Assembly: GCA_016432445.1 (NCBI GenBank)
Contig: CP066689.1
Coordinates: 660,001-692,000, forward strand
Source: Candidatus Saccharimonadota bacterium
GTDB taxonomy: Bacteria; Patescibacteriota; Microgenomatia; UBA1406; GWC2-37-13
Reading direction: 5' to 3'
Length of the DNA stretch: 32,000 nucleotides
Position 1 is the stretch's first letter. Every line of letters starts with the position of its first letter. Of this stretch, positions 24,304-32,000 are shown piece after piece. The notes beneath the pieces were generated by a model. The model made no database searches, had not been told where the DNA came from, and saw nothing but the letters and a program-made list of their open reading frames with translations. Position numbers and translations under genes: made by a program.

Positions 24304-25359
24304 ATGACAGACATAAATCAACTGCTCCAGGTTACTATCGACAGAAAAGCTTCTGATCTTCATATCCTTGACGGTTATTATCCTGCTATTCGTATTCATA
24401 ACGAATTATATGCGATTAAAATTTCTGAGCTTGTTACTAAAGAACTTGCCAGCCAACTGCTTCTTTCAATACTTAACGATGAGCAAAAAGGCAATCTATT
24501 AGCCAATAAAGAAATAGACTTTGGGTATTCAGCGCTTGGATATCGATTTCGAGTAAATATGTATTACACCAAAAATTCGCTGGCCGCTTCATTTCGATTG
24601 ATACCTGCCAGCATTAAAACTATCGATGAATTAGGATTGCCTCCTATTTCTCATGAATTTTGCAATTATAAACAAGGATTAGTTTTAATCACCGGACCTA
24701 CAGGAGAGGGAAAGTCAACCTCCTTAGCATCAATCATCAACAAAATAAATTTAAGCTCGGCCAAACATATTGTTACAATAGAAGATCCTATTGAGTTTAT
24801 TTATCCAAGTGGCAATTCTATTATTTCGCAAAGAGAATTACAGCAGGATACTCACTCATTTAACATAGCTTTAAAATCAGTTTTAAGAGAAGATCCTGAC
24901 ATAATACTTATAGGCGAAATGCGCGATTATGATACTATTCAAGCAGCATTAACTATTGCCGAAACTGGCCATTTGGTTTTTTCAACTTTGCATACATCTA
25001 CGGCTTCTGAAACAGTTAACCGAGTCATTGATGTATTTCCCCCAGCACAGCAAAACCAAATCAGGGCTCAGCTTTCTTCTTCCTTAAAAGCAGTTGTCAG
25101 CCAGCGCCTTATTCCAAACCTCGCACGCAATGGCCGCGTGCTTGCGGCTGAGGTTTTAATAAACACACCAGCTGTCGCATCTGTGATAAGAGACGGCAAA
25201 GCTTTTTTAATTGATAATATTATCGAAACTGGTGAAGAATATAAAATGATGCTTTTTGAAAAAAGCCTAGCTAAACTTTACACAAGCGGACAAATAAGTA
25301 AGGAAACTGCTTATGCTTATGCTTTTAGACAAAACGAAATTAAGAAATTCGTAACTTAA
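24304..25359 (+). CDS. pilT: type IV pilus retraction ATPase PilT family
   Basis: 351 aa with GPTGEGKST, REDPDIILIGEMRD and TGHLVFSTLHT. Confidence 0.9.
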   Translation: MTDINQLLQVTIDRKASDLHILDGYYPAIRIHNELYAIKISELVTKELASQLLLSILNDEQKGNLLANKEIDFGYSALGYRFRVNMYYTKNSLAASFRLIPASIKTIDELGLPPISHEFCNYKQGLVLITGPTGEGKSTSLASIINKINLSSAKHIVTIEDPIEFIYPSGNSIISQRELQQDTHSFNIALKSVLREDPDIILIGEMRDYDTIQAALTIAETGHLVFSTLHTSTASETVNRVIDVFPPAQQNQIRAQLSSSLKAVVSQRLIPNLARNGRVLAAEVLINTPAVASVIRDGKAFLIDNIIETGEEYKMMLFEKSLAKLYTSGQISKETAYAYAFRQNEIKKFVT

Positions 25360-25360
25360 T

Positions 25361-26560
25361 ATGCTTTTTTCTTACAAGGCTTTAAGAGGAAACAAAATTG
25401 TTCAAGGAAAAATTGAAGCTGAAAGCCAGCGTGACGCTCTTGCATTAATTAAAAATAACGGCATGTTTCCTATAAAAATAAATAATCCTGATTCTTCCTT
25501 CTCAGCCTTAACCTCAATCTTCAACAGAGTTTCTTTTAATGACATCGTTGATTTAACCCGCCAACTAGCCATTATGCTTAATGCCGGATTAACTTTGATT
25601 GACAGCTTCGACATTCTTAAAAAACAAACTGCAAACCCGGCAATGCTTAAGATAATAGAGGATGTTGATAAGGAAATAAAAGGCGGTAAAAGCTTTTCGC
25701 TTGCTTTAAAAAAGCACCCAAAATATTTTCCTAATCTCTACATATCCTTAGTTAAATCTGGTGAAGCATCAGGAAAATTAAGTGATATCCTTTTGAAGCT
25801 GGCTGAAAATCTGGAAAAACAAAGAGAGTTTAGAGGAAAAATTAAAGGAGCCTTAATCTACCCGATAGTTGTAATTACCGGTATGTTTGCAGTTATGTTT
25901 ATAATGATTACTTTTGTCATACCTCGGCTTCTGGGTTTATATAAGGATTTTAATATTGATCTTCCAGCATCTACTCAAATTTTAATTGCAGTATCATCAT
26001 TTTCTGTCAAATTCTGGCCATTTATTATAGGAGGAATAGTGGGCGGATTGATCATGTTTCAAAGGTACTTAAAAACTAAAAATGGCAAGCTTAAATATGA
26101 TAAGATACTTCTGAAACTGCCTGCTTTCAGTAATATTATCAAAATGTCTGTGCTTGTTGATTCAACCAGAACCTTATCAATACTTATAGGTTCGGGTATT
26201 TCAATTCTTGAAGCCTTAAACATTATTATTGAAACCACAGATAATATGGTTTACCAACAGGCATTTCAAAATATCTACAAACAAGTGGAGAAGGGAGTCG
26301 CGTTAGGACAATCCATGATTAATGAAGGTATTTTCCCTCCAATTCTTGTCCAGATGACCACAGTCGGAGAACAAACAGGACACCTTGATGATACCTTGAG
26401 CAGAATATCAAAATATTTCGAGATGGAATCAGAACTGGCAGTAAAAACCATGACAACTCTTATTGAGCCTGCTATATTGGTGGTTTTAGGCTTAGGAGTT
26501 GGTTTTTTAGTTCTTGCTGTCATCACTCCTATTTATAACTTAACCAGCTCATTTAGATGA
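25361..26560 (+). CDS. pilC: type IV pilus platform protein PilC/GspF family
   Basis: 399 aa with two GspF repeats and three TM segments. It starts 1 nt after the pilT stop. Confidence 0.9.
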   Translation: MLFSYKALRGNKIVQGKIEAESQRDALALIKNNGMFPIKINNPDSSFSALTSIFNRVSFNDIVDLTRQLAIMLNAGLTLIDSFDILKKQTANPAMLKIIEDVDKEIKGGKSFSLALKKHPKYFPNLYISLVKSGEASGKLSDILLKLAENLEKQREFRGKIKGALIYPIVVITGMFAVMFIMITFVIPRLLGLYKDFNIDLPASTQILIAVSSFSVKFWPFIIGGIVGGLIMFQRYLKTKNGKLKYDKILLKLPAFSNIIKMSVLVDSTRTLSILIGSGISILEALNIIIETTDNMVYQQAFQNIYKQVEKGVALGQSMINEGIFPPILVQMTTVGEQTGHLDDTLSRISKYFEMESELAVKTMTTLIEPAILVVLGLGVGFLVLAVITPIYNLTSSFR

Positions 26561-26591
26561 TAAAAATAGTTTATTTCAAAAAAAATTGCCC

Positions 26592-26621
26592 TTGACAAAC
26601 TAAAAAAGATTATTATATGAT
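26592..26621 (+). promoter_or_regulatory. promoter TTGACA-18 nt-TATGAT (or 16 nt-TATATG) upstream of the pilin gene
   Basis: Consensus -35 TTGACA at 26592-26597, TATGAT at 26616-26621, and the ATG at 26631 with no SD. Confidence 0.55.
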
Positions 26622-26630
26622 GAAATTTAT

Positions 26631-27149
26631 ATGAAAATCACCAAGAAAGGTTTTACTCTAGTTGAATTACTTATCGTAATTGCACTTCTTGGTGCTTTAG
26701 CTGTCGGTTTACTTGCCGCTCTTGATCCATTCGAACAACTTAAAAAAGGCAATGACACTGGAACTAGAAATTTAGTTTCAGAAGTGCAAGGAGCAGTAAT
26801 CCGATATTACGCACTCAAAGGATGGATGCCTTGGTGTACTGCTACAGATACATGCGATGACATAAGTTCTGCTACTAATTTATCAAGTTCTCCAATGGAC
26901 GATGCGATAAGTAGAATCGTGGATTCGGGCGAACTGAAAGCTGATTTCACTTCCTTAGCTGCAAGTAATTTAGGAAAAGTATTTGTGACAGGAGACGCAA
27001 ACAATGCAAAGGTATGTTTTCAGCCAACGTCTAAGTCATTCAAGTGTGATCCCAATACTAAATTTCAGCAAAATGGAGATGCAGCCGCTGACCCAGCTGA
27101 CTGCACAACTAGTTGTGGAACCAACACCTGCTACTGGTGCGTAAAATAA
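26631..27149 (+). CDS. prepilin-type pilin with its own strong promoter (candidate major pilin)
   Basis: MKITKKG|FTLVELLIV, 172 aa. The C-terminal region has 9 Cys (WCTATDTC, KVC, KC, DCTTSCGTNTCYWC). Confidence 0.8.
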   Translation: MKITKKGFTLVELLIVIALLGALAVGLLAALDPFEQLKKGNDTGTRNLVSEVQGAVIRYYALKGWMPWCTATDTCDDISSATNLSSSPMDDAISRIVDSGELKADFTSLAASNLGKVFVTGDANNAKVCFQPTSKSFKCDPNTKFQQNGDAAADPADCTTSCGTNTCYWCVK

Positions 27150-27178
27150 AATAAATGTTTGAGTAAAGCATAATCTGC

Positions 27179-29152
27179 ATGATCAAAAAGAGTTTAGGGT
27201 ATATAGTATTATTGATCGTAGGATTTATACATATTGGATTGCAATCAAAAAGCATCGTTGGCGGAGATGGAGGTGACTTGGTTGCCTCAGCGTTCATAAA
27301 TGGTATTCCGCATGCGCCAGGATATCCTTTATATACATTCTTAGGCTCATTACTTTTAAAACTTGAACTTGTAACGCCTGCTTGGCTAATGAATTTCTTG
27401 TCCTCAATCCCTGCAATCCTACAGCGTCTTATTCTATTCTTTCTGATTTATAAACTTTCAAAGTCTTATCTTCATTCTTTCTCAGGAGTTTTAATATATT
27501 CTTTTTTGTACCCTTCATGGTTATTCGCGGAAATACCAGAAATTCAATCACTCAGCATGCTTTTTTTGACAGGCATATTTTATCTTGTTGTACTGTTTGA
27601 ACAAACCAAAAAAAAAGTTTATTTATATTTCCTCGCTGCAGTTTTTGGCTTTGCCTTTTTCCATAACTATCTTGTAATGTTGGTTATTCCCTCAGTTTTT
27701 GTTTATCTAAAAATAAAAAAAAACATCATCCTTATCAAGGATAACTATAAAACCTTAGTCATATTGTTTTTCACTGGATTGTTGCCTTATCTTTATGCTA
27801 TTTTCGCTTCTTTAAGATATCCGCCCATCGATAATAACCATGCAGCAAGTTTGGACGGATTTGTTTCTCTTGCTACAAGAGCATCTTATGGTTCATTCCG
27901 TCTTTCAAACGATATTTATTTTAATATAAACAATGCTTACTTAAGCGTTTTAAACTTATTTAACTTCATCAGAATTGATTTCAAGATTATTGGAATCATT
28001 TTGATGGCTTTAGGATTTTTTTACCTTCGGAAAAATAATAAAAAACTGTTTTTATTTTTGATAATTAATCTGGTAAGTATAATCATATTTTTTGCTTATG
28101 CTAGTTTTCCCACAACCTTGCCTTTACACTGGGGTATATTTGAAAAATATCTTTTGGTGCCATATTTTTATCTAACAATATTGGTGGTGTTTGGCTTTCT
28201 CTTTCTATTTAAAAAAATACCTGAGATTATTACCAATCCCTTTCTTCAAAAAACTTCGCTTTTAGTTGTAGTTATTGCTGCTTTTTTTTATCCGGTCATA
28301 TTATTTTCTAACAATTATAAAAGAATCTATGTCTTGAAAAATGACTTTACTGCCGAAAATTTGGGAAAGGATCTCCTAAACAGCGTCCCTAAAGACGGTA
28401 TTTTAAACTTGAATGACGATACAGGATACTATAATACCATTTATTCTCAATACGCATTAAAAGTCAGACCTGATGTGAAAATAGTTATGTTTGGAAAACT
28501 AAAAGATAAATATTATCGAGAATACTTGGTGAGAAATTACCCAGAGATTTATCTTCCGGATGTAGAAAAACTTGGGGAAGATTTTGGTTACAAATTTCTT
28601 GAGGAGAATTCCAGGAAATTCGCTATCCTAAGCAGCAAACCTACTTTAAAACCAGAAGTCTGGCTACCACATGGTCTCTTATGGAGATATTACCCAAGTT
28701 ATCAAAAATTACCTGAACCTAATCAGCTGATTTCTCAAAATTTTATACTGTGGAAAAAATATCATTCTCCATTAGCCGGCTCCCTAAGCCGCTATCAAAC
28801 ATTACTGCTTTCAGATGTTTTGAGAATATATGCCTTTGGGCATCAAAGCTTCGGAATGATGCTTTATAGGAACAAACAGTACAGATTAGCTGAAAATGAG
28901 TATAAAGTTGCATTAAACTACCTTCCTGAAGCAATAGACAATCACATTAATCTAACCAAAACCTATATCGATTCAAATCAATGCTCAAAAGCAGAGACAG
29001 TTTTGAATCAGGCAGAGAAGTTTTTCAAAAAAGATAAAAAAATTTATAAAAACTACATTGACCTTTACGCCAACTGTTTTAAAGATGAAGAGAAGGCAAG
29101 CGGTTATATAAAAATTTTCGAAAAATTAAAAGAAGAATCGTCGTTATTATAA
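27179..29152 (+). CDS. DUF2723/TMEM260-like GT-C-fold membrane glycosyltransferase with C-terminal TPR
   Basis: The first loop GGDGGDLVASAFINGIPHAPGYPLY resembles the DUF2723 signature. There are more than 10 hydrophobic segments and a soluble TPR-like C-terminal region. Confidence 0.6.
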   Translation: MIKKSLGYIVLLIVGFIHIGLQSKSIVGGDGGDLVASAFINGIPHAPGYPLYTFLGSLLLKLELVTPAWLMNFLSSIPAILQRLILFFLIYKLSKSYLHSFSGVLIYSFLYPSWLFAEIPEIQSLSMLFLTGIFYLVVLFEQTKKKVYLYFLAAVFGFAFFHNYLVMLVIPSVFVYLKIKKNIILIKDNYKTLVILFFTGLLPYLYAIFASLRYPPIDNNHAASLDGFVSLATRASYGSFRLSNDIYFNINNAYLSVLNLFNFIRIDFKIIGIILMALGFFYLRKNNKKLFLFLIINLVSIIIFFAYASFPTTLPLHWGIFEKYLLVPYFYLTILVVFGFLFLFKKIPEIITNPFLQKTSLLVVVIAAFFYPVILFSNNYKRIYVLKNDFTAENLGKDLLNSVPKDGILNLNDDTGYYNTIYSQYALKVRPDVKIVMFGKLKDKYYREYLVRNYPEIYLPDVEKLGEDFGYKFLEENSRKFAILSSKPTLKPEVWLPHGLLWRYYPSYQKLPEPNQLISQNFILWKKYHSPLAGSLSRYQTLLLSDVLRIYAFGHQSFGMMLYRNKQYRLAENEYKVALNYLPEAIDNHINLTKTYIDSNQCSKAETVLNQAEKFFKKDKKIYKNYIDLYANCFKDEEKASGYIKIFEKLKEESSLL

Positions 29153-31340
29153 TTAAATAAACAATACTCCGTATTAAAATAGTATATCTAAGTATAGGAA
29201 AATCATATTCTAGCTTTACTATGTGTTTTCCCTGCGGCACAAGAACTGATTGCATCTTCCAATTAGTCCTATAGATATTTGTATTTTCACCGTCTACGAA
29301 GGCTTTCCAATGTAGAGAAAATGAACGATTGAAAACCAAAAGCTTTGGTCTAGCCGTGCTACTAACGATTTCTATTTGTGTGGGCTCGTTCTTTCTAACA
29401 ATTAACTCCTTTTTCAAGCCTCTTTCTATGGAGATTCCCTTACTTAATTTACTATCACTTTCCACCAATGCCACGTCGTTTCCTATATCAGACATTAAAT
29501 CCTTGAATTCATCAGTATTACTATAACTTTTAATATCTTTTGCAAAGTAAATATCGCTATGACCATTATTAAACTTGTATATTTTATAAGTCATTCCTAA
29601 TTTATTATTTTTTGGAGTTTCGTAAACCTTAGCTAACTTTTCCGTAGATACTTGGTCGAGTACATAAGGTGTAATAATATAATTAACTCCTGCCATTTCT
29701 AAAAAAGAAAGCGATCTATTTGAAAGAGTAACCTTCAAATCAGTATATTTAATCCCATCATTAATTAACGAAAGGAAATAATAATCATCTTTACTGGAAA
29801 AAAAAGATGATGTAAAAGTTTGAACTGAAGGAATTTTATAAATTAGATTCAATTTAGGATCAATCGAGTTTTGAAGGAATTTATACACATTAATATCATC
29901 CCACCCCTTCTTTGTAAAATAATCGAGCCAGATGTAATTCAAACCCAGAGAAAAATATTTATTGTCGTTTGTTTTTTTTAAATAACTAACTGTATGCGGT
30001 TCTTCAATCCAGCTTTTATATTCGACAATCGGATGATAATTAAAAAAATTTAGAAATAGATCAAATACAGTTATTGATATGACTAAAAAAGGCAGAAAAG
30101 GAAGTTTTTTTTTAATTATTTTTTTTGTTTTTAAATCTTTGAATGCAAAACCTGCCATGAGACTAACGAAAATAACAACCACTACCATAAATCGTGTCGG
30201 TCCCCTAAATAAGCTAAATGGAAACATGTATGAAATTAAATAGAAAGGTGAATTTTTTCCAAGAGCAAGAACAAAAAAAAATACAATTAAAATTGTAATT
30301 AACTTCATGAATTTATTTTTTTTCAAAACAAACAACGAATAAACAAACAGTAGAAACGGCAATATTCCAATATATAAATTACTCTCCCAAAAAATATCAC
30401 CATCAACCCCGTTTGTGACGTAACTGCCATTTTTAGGACTACCAAAAATATAAGGATTAATGAATGTTAATAAGTTTCTGATAGGAAAAGAAGGAAATAG
30501 ACTATTTAAAGAATTTAATCTGCTATTTCTCACCGAATTAAGAAACAAATCACCTACCGAAACAATTTCAGGTAAAGACAGAATGAAAAAAAGGATTAGC
30601 GATCCAATCATGTTCCATATAGTGAATGAATCAACTTTTCTTAGTTTTAATATTCTTGAGATTAGAACATAAACCAGCAGTGCCACAAAAGTAATGAAAG
30701 TCAATTGAAACTGACCGTTGGAAAATTGAAGATTGAGTAATATAACGAGAATCAAAGACATTGTAATCTTTTTTACTTTATTTTCTGCAATGATTACCGT
30801 ATCTAAAACAAACATTATTAAGGGGATGTAGGCTATGTTTTGCAATAAAGTATAATGGGAAATTTTAAAAATCATTAGGCCTGAAAACATAAATGTAATG
30901 GCACTAAAAAATGATGAAATTCTATCTAGTTTCATTCTTCTTCCCACTAAAAATACCCCCACTCCAGCAATAAAAAAAGCCAAGACATAACCTAAATTAA
31001 AAGCAAAAGGCATTGGAAAAAACTTATAAATTAAATAATTTATTGGATTCAGGTAGGCAATTTGACCATCGGCCGTTAATGACATTCCATTAAGAAGCAG
31101 GTCTGTATATTCTTGAAATGTCGAATGCTTTAAACCGTCAGACAGAAAATATTTCTCAGCAAAGGTATAATGCCATAAATCAGATGTTTGAAAATCAGGA
31201 GTAACGATAACCTTTTGGCCAGAAATAAATAACTTATTGAAAAAGATTAACGATAAAACAAAAATAAGTAGTAAAATTAAGAAGGTTTTTAGACTAGTTT
31301 CTCTTTTTTTTACCATCTGCCAAATTGACATAGGTGACAT
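29079..31340 (-). CDS. large polytopic membrane protein, YfhO-like GT-C glycosyltransferase candidate
   Basis: 753 aa with many TM helices in the N-terminal two thirds, a large extracytoplasmic C-terminal domain and a final TM anchor. TATAAT lies 7 nt upstream of the ATG. The family call is tentative. Confidence 0.45.
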   Translation of the reverse strand: MSPMSIWQMVKKRETSLKTFLILLLIFVLSLIFFNKLFISGQKVIVTPDFQTSDLWHYTFAEKYFLSDGLKHSTFQEYTDLLLNGMSLTADGQIAYLNPINYLIYKFFPMPFAFNLGYVLAFFIAGVGVFLVGRRMKLDRISSFFSAITFMFSGLMIFKISHYTLLQNIAYIPLIMFVLDTVIIAENKVKKITMSLILVILLNLQFSNGQFQLTFITFVALLVYVLISRILKLRKVDSFTIWNMIGSLILFFILSLPEIVSVGDLFLNSVRNSRLNSLNSLFPSFPIRNLLTFINPYIFGSPKNGSYVTNGVDGDIFWESNLYIGILPFLLFVYSLFVLKKNKFMKLITILIVFFFVLALGKNSPFYLISYMFPFSLFRGPTRFMVVVVIFVSLMAGFAFKDLKTKKIIKKKLPFLPFLVISITVFDLFLNFFNYHPIVEYKSWIEEPHTVSYLKKTNDNKYFSLGLNYIWLDYFTKKGWDDINVYKFLQNSIDPKLNLIYKIPSVQTFTSSFFSSKDDYYFLSLINDGIKYTDLKVTLSNRSLSFLEMAGVNYIITPYVLDQVSTEKLAKVYETPKNNKLGMTYKIYKFNNGHSDIYFAKDIKSYSNTDEFKDLMSDIGNDVALVESDSKLSKGISIERGLKKELIVRKNEPTQIEIVSSTARPKLLVFNRSFSLHWKAFVDGENTNIYRTNWKMQSVLVPQGKHIVKLEYDFPILRYTILIRSIVYLIIITTILLLIFRKFLYNRLPSLHL

Positions 31341-31387
31341 AGGTAAGATTATACATTAAAATGATCAATCTTAATTTAACTTAAAAA

Positions 31388-32000
31388 ATGAATTTCTTCG
31401 GAGAAAATTTATATAAAAAAGCCAGAAAACTTAACCTTAAAGAATTTGATCAATTCAATAAAGACTACTATAGATTGATCGAGGACTACGATTGGGTAAA
31501 AGTAATAAAAAATTTTAGTGGACCGGAATCCATATATCATAAATTAAGAGAAAAAACCGCGATGGCATATATATCTCTTTTTATCTCGGATAAAAAAAAT
31601 CGAAAAATATTAGATGCAGGATGCGGCACCGGTTTAATCTTAAGACACCTACCCAAAAATTCTGTCGGAATAGACATTAATCCTCGACATATAGAAAAAA
31701 CAAAAAGAAATACTCTGTCTAATAAAATTGTTTTAGGAGATATTGAAAAAACTCCTTTTAAGAAAAATACTTATGATATAGTTGTTTGTTTCGAAACCTT
31801 GGAACATCTTCTTTTTCCTGAAAAAGCTCTCAGTGAATTTAAAAGAATTCTTAAAAAAGGAGGATTGTTCATCGGAAGTGTACCAAGAAAATCTATGCTC
31901 TGGTATCTTCGAGCTTTAAGCAAATCTCATCCTCATAACGAACCTTTTCATCGCGAATTTAGTGAAAAAGAAATTTTCTTACTTGTGTCAAAATCGTTTA
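31388..32000 (+). CDS. class I SAM-dependent methyltransferase, 3' end outside the window
   Basis: Hand translation from ATG 31388 is open to the window end. Motif I is ILDAGCGTGLILRHL, with post-I IDIN and YDIVVCFETLEHL. It is absent from the ORF track because no stop is reached. Confidence 0.75.
   Translation, partial: MNFFGENLYKKARKLNLKEFDQFNKDYYRLIEDYDWVKVIKNFSGPESIYHKLREKTAMAYISLFISDKKNRKILDAGCGTGLILRHLPKNSVGIDINPRHIEKTKRNTLSNKIVLGDIEKTPFKKNTYDIVVCFETLEHLLFPEKALSEFKRILKKGGLFIGSVPRKSMLWYLRALSKSHPHNEPFHREFSEKEIFLLVSKSF

Noticed and set aside
41-30672. Antisense or alternative-frame ORFs in the track: 41-277, 552-875, 2719-2928, 3847-4044, 10224-10568, 10974-11156, 13086-13319, 18201-18425, 21030-21254, 23331-23513, 25402-25614, 26275-26526, 26807-27004, 27109-27297, 28743-28934, 29329-29526 and 30460-30672.
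   Set aside because: Each is nested inside, or largely overlaps, a longer ORF with clear family motifs. They have low-complexity or odd composition and no start signals, so they are treated as shadow ORFs.
1-32000. An alternative genetic code (TGA recoded, as in some CPR lineages).
   Set aside because: TGA terminates several well-defined genes at expected lengths (for example rplT, pheS, pilM and the island ORF). All conserved genes are intact under the standard code.

Overview
The window is AT-rich and tightly packed with bacterial genes. Hand counts of single 60-nt lines give 15/60 G+C in a typical stretch. Several housekeeping proteins have reduced domain sets and there is a secretin-less type IV pilus locus, which fits a small-genome, Patescibacteria/CPR-like organism (inference only). 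The standard genetic code applies, with TGA used as a stop. No rRNA, tRNA, CRISPR array, transposase or integrase was seen. Left to right the content is: an ABC1/UbiB-like kinase (5' partial); the thrS-infC-rpmI-rplT-pheS-pheT operon; a small coiled-coil ORF; an ~0.8 kb G+C-rich island with two small membrane-protein genes and heavily structured flanks; a family-4 uracil-DNA glycosylase; PBP1A plus an inositol monophosphatase on the minus strand; recG; rpmF-nusB-rnc; rpsP; a large type IV pilus locus (pilO/N/M-like genes, six prepilin-like genes, a holB-like gene, pilB, pilT, pilC, and a seventh pilin with its own promoter); two large GT-C-type membrane glycosyltransferase-like genes; and a SAM methyltransferase (3' partial). 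The most notable observations are these. (1) A 15-codon leader peptide with five consecutive Thr codons and alternative hairpins plus a terminator sits in front of thrS. (2) A -10 box lies 6-7 nt upstream of the ATG of most first cistrons, which implies widespread leaderless mRNAs. (3) The G+C-rich island has inverted heptad-repeat arrays, tandem perfect palindromes and a three-way-junction terminator. (4) Two intergenic elements built from the same heptad words form a small family. (5) A 38-codon ORF is coupled to recG by an ATGA overlap. (6) Glycosyltransferase-like genes lie directly behind the promoter-bearing pilin gene.
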